Shown here piece by piece: positions 15,701-31,600 of a stretch of DNA of 64,000 nucleotides. The first letter of the stretch is position 1; each line of letters begins with the position of its first letter. Source of the DNA: Eledone cirrhosa (taxonomy: Eukaryota). Under the pieces are notes generated by a model. That model worked only from the letters and a program-made list of their open reading frames with translations, had not been told where the DNA came from and made no database searches. Made by a program: the position numbers and the translations under genes. The stretch lies in contig OZ024743.1 in NCBI GenBank assembly GCA_964016885.1, forward strand, positions 316,758,001-316,822,000, written 5' to 3'.

Positions 15701-18700
15701 GGAAGGGACCATGAACAGTTGCACCAATGTTCATCTATATAATATATGTAAGGGACCATGAACAATTGCACCAATGCTAATCTATATAATGTATGTAAGG
15801 GACCATTAACAATTGCACCAATGTTCATCTATATAATGTATGTACGGGACCATGAACAATTACACCAATGTTCATCTATATAATGTATGTAAGCGACCAT
15901 GAACAATTGCACCAATGTTCATCTATATAATGTATGTAAGGGACCATGAACAATTGCACCAATGTTCATCTATATAATGTATGTAAGGGACCATGAACAA
16001 TTGCATCAATGCTAATCTATATAATATATGTAAGGGACCATGAACAATTGCACCAATGTTCATCTATATAATGTATGTAAGGGACCATGGACAATTACAC
16101 CAATTTTAATCTATATAATGTATGTAAGGGACCATGAACAGTTGCACCAATGTTCATCTATATAATGTATGTAAGGGACCCTGAACAATTGCACCAATGT
16201 TCATCTATATAATGTATGTAAGGGACCATGAACAATTGCACCAATGTTCATCTATATAATGTATGTAAGGGACCATGAACAATTGCACCAATGTTCATCT
16301 ATATAATGTATGTAAGGGACCATGAACAAATGCACCAATGCTAATCTTAATAATGTATGTAAGGGACCATGAACAATTGCACCAATGCTAATCTTAATAA
16401 TGTATGTAAGGGACCATGAACAATTACACCAATGTTCATCTATATAATGTATGTAAGGGACCATGAACAATTGCACCAATGTTCATCTATATAATGTATG
16501 TAAGGGACCATGAACAATTACACCAATGTTCATCTATATAATGTATGTAAGGGACAATAAACAATTGCACCAATGTTCATCTCTATAATGTATGTAAGGG
16601 ACCATGAACAATTGCACCAATGTTCATCTACATAATGTATGTAAGGGACCATGAACAATTACACAAATGTTCATCTACATAATGTATGTAAGGGACCATT
16701 AACAATTGCACCAATGTTCATCTATATAATGTATGTAAGGGACCATGAACAATTGCACCAATGTTCATCTATATAATGTATGTAAGGGACCATGAACAAT
16801 TGCACCAATGTTCATCTATATAATGTATGTAAGGGACCATGAACAATTGCACCAATGTTCATCTATATAATGTATGTAAGGGACCATGAACAATTGCACC
16901 AATGTTCATCTATATAATGTATGTAAGGGACCATGAACAATTGCACCAATGCTAATCTATATAATGTATGTAAGGGACCATGAACAATTGCACCAATGTT
17001 CATCTACATAATGTATGTAAGGGACCATGAACAATTGTACCAATGTTCATCTATATAATGTATGTAAGGGACCATGAACAATTGCACCAATGTTCATCTA
17101 TATAATGTATGTAAGGGACCATGAACAATTGCACCAATGTTCATCTATATAATGTACGTAAGGGACCATGAACAATTGCACCAATGCTAATCTATATAAT
17201 GTATGTAAGGGACCATGAACAATTGCACCAATGTTCATCTACATAATGTATGTAAGGGACCATGAACAATTGTACCAATGTTCATCTATATAATGTATGT
17301 AAGGGACCATGAACAATTGCACCAATGTTCATCTATATAATGTATGTAAGGGACCATGAACAATTGCACCAATGTTCATCTATATAATGTATGTAAGGGA
17401 CCATGAACAATTGCACCAATGCTAATCTATATAATGTATGTAAGGGACCATGAACAATTGCACCAATGTTCATCTATATAATGTATGTAAGGGACCATGA
17501 ACAATTGCACCAATGCTAATCTATATAATGTATGTAAGGGACCATGAACAATTGCACCAATGTTCATCTATATAATGTATGTGAGGGACCATGAACAATT
17601 GCACCAATGCTAATCTATATAATGTATGTAAGGGACCATGAACAATTGCACCAATGTTCATCTATATAATGTATGTAAGGGACCATGAACAATTGCACCA
17701 ATGTTCATCTATATAATGTATGTAAGGGACCATGAACAATTGCACCAATGTTCATCTATATAATGTATGTAAGGGACCATGAACAATTGCACCAATGCTA
17801 ATCTATATAATGTATGTAAGGGACCATGAACAATTGCACCAATGTTCATCTACATAATGTATGTAAGGGACCATGAACAATTGTACCAATGTTCATCTAT
17901 ATAATGTATGTAAGGGACCATGAACAATTGCACCAATGTTCATCTATATAATGTATGTAAGGGACCATGAACAATTGCACCAATGTTCATCTATATAATG
18001 TATGTAAGGGACCATGAACAATTGCACCAATGTTCATCTATATAATGTATGTAAGGGACCATGAACAATTGCACCAATGCTAATCTATATAATGTATGTA
18101 AGGGACCATGAACAATTGCACCAATGTTCATCTATATAATGTATGTAAGGGACCATGAACAATTGCACCAATGCTAATCTATATAATGTGTGTAAGGGAC
18201 CATGAACAATTGCACCAATGTTCATCTATATAATGTATGTGAGGGACCATGAACAATTGCACCAATGCTAATCTATATAATGTATGTAAGGGACCATGAA
18301 CAATTACACCAATGTTCATCTATATAATGTATGTAAGGGACCATGAACAATTGCACCAATGTTCATCTATATAATGTATGTAAGGGACCATGAACAATTG
18401 CACCAATTTTCATCTATATAATGTATGTAAGGGACCATGAACAATTGCACCAATGTTCATCTATATAATGTATGTAAGGGACCATGAACAATTGCACCAA
18501 TGTTCATCTATATAATGTATGTAAGCGACCATGAACAATTGCACCAATGCTAATCTATATAATGTATGTAAGGGACCATGAACAATTGCACCAATGTTCA
18601 TCTATATAATGTATGTAAGGGACCATGAACAATTGCACCAATGTTCATCTATATAATGTATGTAAGCGACCATGAACAATTGCACCAGTGCTAATCTATA

Positions 18701-19549
18701 TAATGTATGTAAGGGACCATGAACAGTTGCACCAATGTTCATCTATATAATGTATGTAAGTAACCATGAACAGTTGCACCAATGTTCATCTATATAATGT
18801 ATGTAAGGGACCATGAACAATTGCACCAATGTTCATCTATATAATGTATGTAAGGGACCATTAACAATTGCACCAATGTTCATCTATATAATGTATGTAA
18901 GGGACCATGAACAATTGCACCAATGTTCATCTACATAATGTATGTAAGGGACCATGAACAATTACACAAATGTTCATCTACATAATGTATGTAAGGGACC
19001 ATTAACAATTGCACCAATGTTCATCTATATAATGTATGTAAGGGACCATGAACAATTGCACCAATGTTCATCTATATAATGTATGTAAGGGACCATGAAC
19101 AATTACACCAATGTTCATCTATATAATGTATGTAAGGGACCATGAACAGTTGCACCAATGTTCATCTATATAATGTATGTAAGGGACCATGAACAATTGC
19201 ACCAATGCTAATCTATATAATGTATGTAAGGGAACATGAACAATTGCACCAATGTTCATCTATATAATGTATGTAAGGGACCATGAACTGTTGCACCAAT
19301 GTTCATCTATATAATGTATGTAAGGGACCATGAACAATTGCACCAATGTTCATCTATATAATGTATGTAAGGGACCATGAACAATTACACCAATGTTCAT
19401 CTATATAATGTATGTAAGGGACCATGAACAGTTGCACCAATGTTCATCTATATAATTTATGTAAGGGACCATGAACAATTGCACCAATGCTAATCTATAT
19501 AATGTATGTAAGGGACCATGAACAATTGCACCAATGTTCATCTATATAA

Positions 19550-20580
19550 TGTATGTAAGGGACCATGAACAATTGCACCAATGTTCATCTATATAATGTA
19601 TGTAAGGGACCATGAACAGTTGCACCAATGTTCATCTATATAATGTATGTAAGGGACCATGAACAATTGCACCAATGTTCATCTATATAATGTATGGAAG
19701 GGACCATGAACAGTTGCACCAATGTTCATCTATATAATGTATGTAAGGGACCATGAACAGTTGCACCAATGTTCATCTATATAATATATGTAAGGGACCA
19801 TGAACAATTGCACCAATGCTAATCTATATAATGTATGTAAGGGACCATTAACAATTGCACCAATGTTCATCTATATAATGTATGTACGGGACCATGAACA
19901 ATTACACCAATGTTCATCTATATAATGTATGTAAAGGACCATGAACAATTGCACCAATGTTCATCTATATAATGTATGTAAGGGACCATGAACAATTACA
20001 CCAATGTTCAACTATATAATGTATGTAAAGGACCATGAACAATTGCACCAATGTTCATCTATATAATGTATGTAAGGGACCATGAACAATTGCACCAATG
20101 TTCATCTATATAATGTATGTAAGGGACCATGAACAGTTGCACCAATGTTCATCTATATAATGTAAGTAAGGGACCATGAACAATTGCACCAATGTTCATC
20201 TATATAATGTATGGAAGGGACCATGAACAGTTGCACCAATGTTCATCTATATAATGTATGTAAGGGACCATGAACAGTTGCACCAATGTTCATCTATATA
20301 ATATATGTAAGGGACCATGAACAATTGCACCAATGCTAATCTATATAATGTATGTAAGGGACCATTAACAATTGCACCAATGTTCATCTATATAATGTAT
20401 GTACGGGACCATGAACAATTACACCAATGTTCATCTATATAATGTATGTAAAGGACCATGAACAATTGCACCAATGTTCATCTATATAATGTATGTAAGG
20501 GACCATGAACAATTACACCAATGTTCAACTATATAATGTATGTAAAGGACCATGAACAATTGCACCAATGTTCATCTATA
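19550..20580. repeat. 11-monomer (517-bp) tandem duplication
   Basis: ATGGAAG at 19694/20211 and the ACT of TTCAACT at 20011/20528. Offset 517 = 11x47. Confidence 0.88.
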
Positions 20581-23500
20581 TAATGTATGTAAGGGACCAT
20601 GAACCATTGCACCAATGTTCATCTATATAATGTATGTAAGGGACCATGAACAATTGTACCAATGTTCATCTATATAATGTATGTAAGGGACCATGAACCA
20701 TTGCACCAATGTTCATCTATATAATGTATGTAAGGGACCATGAACAATTGTACCAATGTTCATCTATATAATGTATGTAAGGGACCATGAACAATTGCAC
20801 CAATGTTCATGTATTTAATGTATGTAAGGGACCATGAACCATTGCACCAATGTTCATCTATATAATGTATGTAAGGGACCATGAACAATTGTACCAATGT
20901 TCATCTATATAATGTATGTAAGGGACCATGAACAATTGCACCAATGTTCATCTATATAATGTATGTAAGGGACCATGAACCATTGCACCAATGTTCATCT
21001 ATATAATGTATGTAAGGGACCATGAACAATTGTACCAATGTTCATCTATATAATGTATGTAAGGGACCATGAACAATTGCACCAATGTTCATCTATATAA
21101 TGTATGTAAGGGACCATGAACCATTGCACCAATGTTCATCTATATAATGTATGTAAGGGACCATGAACAATTGCACCAATGCTAATCTATATAATGTATG
21201 TAAGGGACCATGAACAATTGCACCAATGTTCATATATATAATGTATGTAAGGGACCATGAACCATTGCACCAATGTTCATCTATATAATGTATGTAAGGG
21301 ACCATGAACAATTGTACCAATGTTCATCTATATAATGTATGTAAGGGACCATGAACAATTGCATCAATGCTAATCTATATAATGTATGTAAGGGACCATG
21401 AACAATTGCACCAATGTTCATCTATATAATGTATGTAAGGGACCATGAACAATTGCACCAATGTTCATCTATATAATGTATGTAAGGGACCATGAACAAT
21501 TGCACCAATGTTCATCTATATAATGTATGTAAGGGACCATGAACAATTGCACCAATGCTAATCTATATAATGTATGTAAGGGACCATGAACAATTGCACC
21601 AATGTTCATCTACATAATGTATGTAAGGGACCATGAACAATTGTACCAATGTTCATCTATATAATGTATGTAAGGGACCATGAACAATTGCACCAATGTT
21701 CATCTATATAATGTATGTAAGGGACCATGAACAATTGCACCAATGTTCATCTATATAATGTATGTAAGGGACCATGAACAATTGCACCAATGTTCATCTA
21801 TATAATGTATGTAAGGGACCATGAACAATTGCACCAATGCTAATCTATATAATGTATGTAAGGGACCATGAACAATTGCACCAATGTTCATCTATATAAT
21901 GTATGTAAGGGACCATGAACAATTGCACCAATGCTAATCTATATAATGTATGTAAGGGACCATGAACAATTGCACCAATGTTCATCTATATAATGTATGT
22001 GAGGGACCATGAACAATTGCACCAATGCTAATCTATATAATGTATGTAAGGGACCATGAACAATTACACCAATGTTCATCTATATAATGTATGTAAGGGA
22101 CCATGAACAATTGCACCAATGTTCATCTATATAATGTATGTAAGGGACCATGAACAATTGCACCAATGTTCATCTATATAATGTATGTAAGGGACCATGA
22201 ACAATTGCACCAATGTTCATCTATATAATGTATGTAAGGGACCATGAACAATTGCACCAATGTTCATCTATATAATGTATGTAAGGGACCATGAACAATT
22301 GCACCAATGTTCATCTATATAATGTATGTAAGGGACCATGAACAATTGCACCAATGTTCATCTATATAATGTATGTAAGGGACCATGAACAATTACACCA
22401 ATGTTCATCTACATAATGTATGTAAGGGACCATGAACAATTGCACCAATGTTCATCTATATAATGTATGTAAGGGACCATGAACAATTGCACCAATGCTA
22501 ATCTATATAATGTATGTAAGGGACCATGAACAATTGCACCAATGCTAATCTATATAATCTATGTAAGGGACCATGAACAATTGCACCAATGTTCATCTAT
22601 ATAATGTATGTAAGGGACCATTAACAATTGCACCAATGTTCATCTATATAATGTATGTAAGGGACCATGAACAATTGCACCAATGCTAATCTACATAATG
22701 TATGTAAGGGGACCATGAACAATTGCACCAATGCTAATCTATATAATGTATGTAAGGGACCATGAACAATTACACCAATGCTAATCTATATAATGCATGT
22801 AAGGGACCATGAACAATTGCACCAATGCTAATCTATATAATGTATGTAAGGGACCATGAACAATTGCACCAATGCTAATCTTAATAATGTATGTAAGGGA
22901 CCATGAACCATTGCACCAATGTTCATCTATATAATGTATGTAAGGGACCATGAACAATTGCACCAATGCTAATCTATATAATGTATGTAAGGGACCATGA
23001 ACAATTGTACCAATGTTCATCTATATAATGTATGTAAGGGACCATGAACAATTACACCAATGTTCATCTATATAATGTATGTAAGGGACCATGAACAATT
23101 GCACCAATGTTCATCTATATAATGTATGTAAGGGACCATGAACCATTGCACCAATGTTCATCTATATAATGTATGTAAGGGACCATGAACAATTGCACCA
23201 ATGCTAATCTATATAATGTATGTAAGGGACCATGAACAATTGCACCAATGTTCATCTATATAATGTATGTAAGGGACCATGAACAATTACACCAATGTTC
23301 ATCTATATAATGTATGTAAGGGACCATGAACAATTGCACCAATGTTCATCTATATAATGTATGTAAGGGACCATGAACCATTGCACCAATGTTCATCTAT
23401 ATAATGTATGTAAGGGACCATGAACAATTGCACCAATGCTAATCTATATAATGTATGTAAGGGACCATGAACAATTGCACCAATGTTCATCTATATAATG

Positions 23501-24500
23501 TATGTAAGGGACCATGAACAATTGCACCAATGTTCATCTATATAATGTATGTAAAGGACCATGAACAATTGCACCAATGTTCATCTATATAATGTATGTA
23601 AGGGACCATGAACAATTACACCAATGTTCAACTATATAATGTATGTAAAGGACCATGAACAATTGCACCAATGTTCATCTATATAATGTATGTAAGGGAC
23701 CATGAACCATTGCACCAATGTTCATCTATATAATGTATGTAAGGGACCATGAACAATTGTACCAATGTTCATCTATATAATGTATGTAAGGGACCATGAA
23801 GAATTGCACCAATGTTCATCTATATAATGTATGTAAGGGACCATGAACAATTGTACCAATGTTCATCTATATAATGTATGTAAGGGACCATGACCAATTG
23901 CACCAATGTTCATGTATATAATGTATGTAAGGGACCATGAACCATTGCACCAATGTTCATCTATATAATGTATGTAAGGGACCATGAACAATTGTACCAA
24001 TGTTCATCTATATAATGTATGTAAGGGACCATGAACAATTGCACCAATGTTCATCTATATAATGTATGTAAGGGACCATGAACCATTGCACCAATGTTCA
24101 TCTATATAATGTATGTAAGGGACCATGAACAATTGTACCAATGTTCATCTATATAATGTATGTAAGGGACCATGAACAATTGCACCAATGTTCATCTATA
24201 TAATGTATGTAAGGGACCATGAACCATTGCACCAATGTTCATCTATATAATGTATGTAAGGGACCATGAACAATTGCACCAATGCTAATCTATATAATGT
24301 ATGTAAGGGACCATGAACAATTGCACCAATGTTCATCTATATAATGTATGTAAGGGACCATGAACCATTGCACCAATGTTCATCTATATAATGTATGTAA
24401 GGGACCATGAACAATTGTACCAATGTTCATCTATATAATGTATGTAAGGGACCATGAACAATTGCATCAATGCTAATCTATATAATGTATGTAAGGGACC
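20440..24500. repeat. Non-adjacent duplication ~20440-21400 / ~23540-24500
   Basis: TTCAACT 20528/23631, CATGTAT 20811/23914 and GCATCAAT 21361/24464. Offset 3103 = 66x47 + 1, matching the single G insertion at ~22710. Confidence 0.87.
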
Positions 24501-27500
24501 ATGAACAATTGCACCAATGTTAATCTATATAATGTATGTAAGGGACCATGAACAATTGCACCAATGTTCATCTATATAATGTATGTAAGGGACCATGAAC
24601 AATTGCACCAATGTTCATCTATATAATGTATGTAAGGGACCATGAACAATTGCACCAATGTTCATCTATATAATGTATGTAAGGGACCATGAACAATTGC
24701 ACCAATGCTAATCTATATAATGTATGTAAGGGACCATGAACAATTGCACCAATGTTCATCTATATAATGTATGTAAGGGACCATGAACAATTGCACCAAT
24801 GCTAATCTATATAATGTATGTAAGGGACCATGAACAATTGCACCAATGTTCATCTATATAATGTATGTAAGGGACCATGAACAATTGCACCAATGCTAAT
24901 CTATATAATGTATGTAAGGGACCATGAACAATTGCACCAATGTTCATCTATATAGTGTATGTAAGGGACCATGAACAATTGCACCAATGTTCATCTATAT
25001 AATGTATGTAAGGGACCATGAACAATTGCACCAATGTTCATCTATATAGTGTATGTAAGAGACCATGAACAATTGCACCAATGTTCATCTATATAATGTA
25101 TGTAAGGGACCATGAACAATTGCACCAATGTTCATCTATATAATGTATGTAAGGGACCATGAACAATTGCACCAATGTTCATCTATATAATGTATGTAAG
25201 GGACCATGAACAATTGCACCAATGTTCATCTATATAATGTATGTAAGGGACCATGAACAATTACACCAATGTTCATCTATATAATGTATGTAAGGGACCA
25301 TGAACAATTACACCAATGTTCATCTACATAATGTATGTAAGGGACCATGAACAATTGCACCAATGTTCATCTATATAATGTATGTAAGGGACCATGAACA
25401 ATTGCACCAATGTTAATGTATATAATGTATGTAAGGGACCATGAACAATTGCACCAATGCTAATCTATATAATGTATGTAAGGGACCATGAACAATTGCA
25501 CCAATGCTAATCTATATAATCTATGTAAGGGACCATGAACAATTGCACCAATGTTCATCTATATAATGTATGTAAGGGACCATTAACAATTGCACCAATG
25601 TTCATCTATATAATGTATGTAAGGGACCATGAACAATTGCACCAATGCTAATCTACATAATGTATGTAAGGGACCATGAACAATTACACCAATGTTCGTC
25701 TACATAATATATGTAAGGGACCATGAACAATTACACCAATGTTCATCTACATAATGTATGTAAGGGACCATTAACAATTGCACCAATGTTCATCTATATA
25801 ATGTATGTAAGGGACCATGAACAATTGCACCAATGTTCATCTATATAATGTATGTAAGGGACCATGAACAATTACACCAATGTTCATCTATATAATGTAT
25901 GTAAGGGACCATGAACAGTTGCACCAATGTTCATCTATATAATGTATGTAAGGGACCATGAACAATTGCACCAATGCTAATCTATATAATGTATGTAAGG
26001 GACCATGAACAATTGCACCAATGTTCATCTATATAATGTATGTAAGGGACCATGAACAGTTGCACCAATGTTCATCTATATAATATATGTAAGGGACCAT
26101 GAACAATTGCACCAATGCTAATCTATATAATATATGTAAGGGACCATGAACAATTACACCAATGTTCATCTACATAATGTATGTAAGGGAGCATGAACAA
26201 ATGCACCAATGTTCATCTATATAATGTATGTAAGGGACCATGAACAAATGCACCAATGTTCATCTATATAATGTATGTAAGGGACCATGAACAATTGTAC
26301 CAATGTTCATCTATATAATGTATGTAAGGGACAATGAACAATTGCACCAATGCTAATCTATATAATGTATGTAAGGGACCATGAACAAATGCACCAATGT
26401 TCATCTATATAATGTATGTAAGGGACCATGAACAATTGCACCAATGTTCATCTATATAATGTATGTAAGGGACCTTGAACAATTGCACCAATGTTCATCT
26501 ATATAATGTATGTAAGGGACAATGAACAATTGCACCAATGCTAATCTATATAATGTATGTAAGGGACCATGAACAAATGCACCAATGTTCATCTATATAA
26601 TGTATGTAAGGGACCATGAACAATTGCACCAATGCTAATCTATATAATGTATGTAAGGGACCATGAACAATTGCACCAATGTTCATCTATATAATGTATG
26701 TAAGGGACCATGAACAATTGCACCAATGTTCATCTATATAATATATGTAAGGGACCATGAACAATTGCACCAATGTTCATCTATATAATGTATGTAAGGG
26801 ACCATGAACAATTGCACCAATGTTCATCTATATAATATATGTAAGGGACCATGAACAATTGCACCAATGTTCATCTATATAATGTATGTAAGGGACCATG
26901 AACAATTGTACCAATGTTCATCTATATAATATATGTAAGGGACCATTAACAATTGCACCAATGTTCATCTATATTATGTATGTAAGGGACCATGAACAAT
27001 TGCACCAATGTTCATCTATATAATGTATGTAAGGGACCATGAACAATTGTACCAATGTTCATCTATATAATGTATGTAAGGGACCATGAACAATTGCACC
27101 AATGCTAATCTATATAATGTATGTAAGGGACCATGAACAATTGCACCAATGTTCATCTATATAATATATGTAAGGGACCATGAACAATTGCACCAATGTT
27201 CATCTATATTATGTATGTAAGGGACCATGAACAATTGTACCAATGTTCATCTATATAATATATGTAAGGGACCATGAACAATTGCACCAATGTTCATCTA
27301 TATTATGTATGTAAGGGACCATGAACAATTGTACCAATGTTCATCTATATAATGTATGTAAGGGACCATGAACAATTGCACCAATGCTAATCTATATAAT
27401 GTATGTAAGGGACCATGAACAATTGTACCAATGTTCATCTATATAATGTATGTAAGGGACCATTAACAATTACACCAATGCTAATTTATATAATGTATGT

Positions 27501-28249
27501 AAGGGACCATTAACAATTGCACCAATGTTCATCTATATAATGTATGTAAGGGACCATGAACAATTGTACCAATGTTCATCTATATAATGTATGTAAGGGA
27601 CCATGAACAATTGCACCAATGTTCATCTATATAATGTATGTAAGGGACCATGAACAATTACACCAATGCTAATTTATATAATGTATGTAAGGGACCATTA
27701 ACAATTGCACCAATGTTCATCTATATAATGTATGTAAGGGACCATGAACAATTGCACCAATGCTAATCTATATAATGTATGTAAGGGACCATGAACAATT
27801 GCACCAATGCTAATCTATATAATGTATGTAAGGGACCATGAACAATTGCACCAATGCTAATCTATATAATGTATGTAAGGGACCATGAACAATTGCACCA
27901 ATGCTAATCTATATAATGTATGTAAGGGACCATGAACAATTGCACCAATATTCATCTATATAATGTATGTAAGGGACCATGAACAATTGCACCAATGCTA
28001 ATCTATATAATGTATGTAAGGGACCATGAACAATTGCACCAATGTTCATCTATATAATCTATGTAAGGAACCATGAACAATTGCACCAATGTTCATCTAT
28101 ATAATGTATGTAAGGGACCATTAACAATTGCACCAATGTTCATCTATATAATGTATGTAAGGGACCATGAACAATTGCACCAATGCTAATCTATATAATG
28201 TATGTAAGGGACCGTGAACAATTGCACCAATGTTCATCTATATAATGTA

Positions 28250-28680
28250 TGTAAGTGACCATGAACAATTGCACCAATGTTCATCTACATAATGTATGTA
28301 AGGGACCATGAACAATTGCACCAATGTTCATCTATATAATGTATGTAAGTGACCATGAACAATTGCACCAATGTTCATCTACATAATGTATGTAAGGGAC
28401 CATGAACAATTGCACCAATGTTCATCTATATAATGTATGTAAGTGACCATGAACAATTGCACCAATGTTCATCTATATAATGTATGTAAGGGACCATGAA
28501 CAATTGCACCAATGTTCATCTATATAATGTATGTAAGTGACCATGAACAATTGCACCAATGTTCATCTATATAATGTATGTAAGGGACCATGAACAATTG
28601 CACCAATGTTCATCTATATAATGTATGTAAGTGACCATGAACAATTGCACCAATGTTCATCTATATAATGTATGTAAGGG
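28250..28680. repeat. Dimeric (94-bp) periodicity, 5 units
   Basis: The AAGTGAC variant occurs at 28253, 28347, 28441, 28535 and 28629, i.e. every second monomer. Confidence 0.9.
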
Positions 28681-31600
28681 ACCATGAACAATTGCACCAA
28701 TGTTAATCTATATAATGTATGTAAGGGACCATGAACAGTTGCACCAATGTTCATCTACATAATGTATGTAAGGGACCATGAACAATTGCACCAATGTTCA
28801 TCTATATAATGTATGTAAGGGACCATGAACAGTTGCACCAATGTTCATCTACATAATGTATGTAAGGGACCATGAACAGTTGCACCAATGTTCATCTACA
28901 TAATGTATGTAAGGGACCATGAACAATTGCACCAATGTTCATCTATATAATGTATGTAAGGGACCATGAACAATTGCACTAATGTTATTCTATATAATGT
29001 ATGTAAGTGACCATGAACAATTGCACCAATGTTCATCTATATAATGTATGTAAGGGACCATGAACAATTGTACCAATGCTAATCTATATAATGTATGTAA
29101 GGGACCATGAACAATTGCACCAATGTTCATCTATATAATGTATGTAAGGGACCATGAACAATTGCACCAATGTTCATCTATATAATGTATGTAAGGGACC
29201 ATGAACAGTTGCACCAATGTTCATCTACATAATGTATGTAAGGGACCATGAACAATTGCACCAATGTTCATCTATATAATGTATGTAAGGGACCATGAAC
29301 AATTGCACTAATGTTATTCTATATAATGTATGTAAGGGACCATGAACAGTTGCACCAATGTTCATCTACATAATGTATGTAAGGGACCATGAACAATTGC
29401 ACCAATGTTCATCTATATAATGTATGTAAGGGACCATGAACAATTGTACCAATGCTAATCTATATAATGTATGTAAGGGACCATGAACAATTGCACCAAT
29501 GTTCATCTATATAATGTATGTAAGGGACCATGAACAATTGCACCAATGTTAATCTATATAATGTATGTAAGGGACCATGAACAGTTGCACCAATGTTCAT
29601 CTACATAATGTATGTAAGGGACCATGAACAGTTGCACCAATGTTCATCTACATAATGTATGTAAGGGACCATGAACAATTGCACCAATGCTAATCTATAT
29701 AATGTATGTAAGGGACCATGAACAATTGCACCAATGCTAATCTATATAATGTATGTAAGGGACCATGAACAATTGCACCAATGCTAATCTATATAATGTA
29801 TGTAAGGGACCATGAACAATTACACCAATGTTCATCTATATAATGTATGTAAGGGACCATGAACAATTGCACCAATGTTCATCTATATAATATATGTAAG
29901 GGACCATGAACAATTGCACCAATGTTCATCTATATAATATATGTAAGGGACCATGAACAATTACACCAATGTTCATCTATATAATGTATGTAAGGGACCA
30001 TGAACAATTGCACCAATGTTCATCTATATAATGTATGTACGGGACCATGAACAATTGCACCAATGCTAATCTATATAATGTATGTAAGGGACCATGAACA
30101 ATTACACCAATGTTCATCTATATAATGTATGTAAGGGACCATGAACAATTGCACCAATGTTCATCTATATAATGTATGTAAGGGACCATGAACAATTGCA
30201 CCAATGCTAATCTATATAATGTATGTAAGGGACCAGGAACAAATGCACCAATGTTCATCTATATAATGTATGTAATGGACCATGAACAATTGCACCAATG
30301 CTAATCTATATAATGTATGTAAGGGACCATGAACAAATGCACCAATGTTCATCTATATAATGTATGTAAGGGACCTTGAACAGTTGCAACAATGTTAATC
30401 TATATAATGTATGTAAGGGACCATGAACAATTGCACCAATGCTAATCTATATAATGTATGTAAGGGACCATGAACAATTACACCAATGTTCATCTATATA
30501 ATGTATGTAAGGGACCATGAACAATTGCACCAATGTTCATCTATATAATGTATGTAAGGGACCATGAACAATTGCACCAATGCTAATCTATATAATGTAT
30601 GTAAGGGACCATGAACAAATGCACCAATGTTCATCTATATAATGTATGTAAGGGACCATGAACAATCGCACCAATGCTAATCTATATAATGTATGTAAGG
30701 GACCATGAACAATTACACCAATGTTCATCTATATAATGTATGTAAGGGACCATGAACAATTGCACCAATGTTATTCTATATAATGTATGTAAGGGACCAT
30801 GGACAATTGCACCAATGTTCATCTATATAATGTATGTAAGGGACCATGAACAATTGCACTAATGCTAATCTATATAATGTATGTAAGGGACCATGAACAA
30901 TTGCACCAATGTTCATCTATATAATATATGTAAGGGACCATTAACAATTGCACCAATGCTAATCTATATAATGTATGTAAGGGACCATGAACAATTGCAC
31001 CAATGGTCATCTATATAATGTATGTAAGGGACCATGAACAATTACACCAATGCTAATTTATATAATGTATGTAAGGGACCATTAACAATTGCACCAATGT
31101 TCATCTATATAATGTATGTAAGGGACCATGAACAATTGCACCAATGTTCATCTATACAATGTATGTAAGGGACCATGAACAATTGCACCAATGTTCATCT
31201 ATATAATGTATGTAAGGGACCATGAACAATTACACCAATGTTCATCTATATAGTGTATGTAAGGGACCATGAACAATTGCACCAATGCTAATCTATATAA
31301 TGTATGTAAGGGACCATGAACAATTGCACCAATGCTAATCTATATAATGTATGTAAGGGACCATGAACAATTGCACCAATGCTAATCTATATAATGTATG
31401 TAAGGGACCATGAACAATTACACCAATGCTAATCTATATAATGTATGTAAGGGACCATGAACAATTGCACCAATGCTAATCTATATAATGTATGTAAGGG
31501 ACCATGAACAATTGCACCAATGCTAATCTATATAATGTATGTAAGGGACCATGAACAATTGCACCAATGCTAATCTATATAATATATGTAAGGGACCATG

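Noticed and set aside
2645-23020. Six minus-strand ORFs of 61-79 aa (MVQLFMVPYIHYIDEHWCNC...)
   Set aside because: 47 is not a multiple of 3, so the peptides cycle through three frames with a 47-aa period. They stay open only where particular alleles happen to remove stops. No sign of coding constraint.
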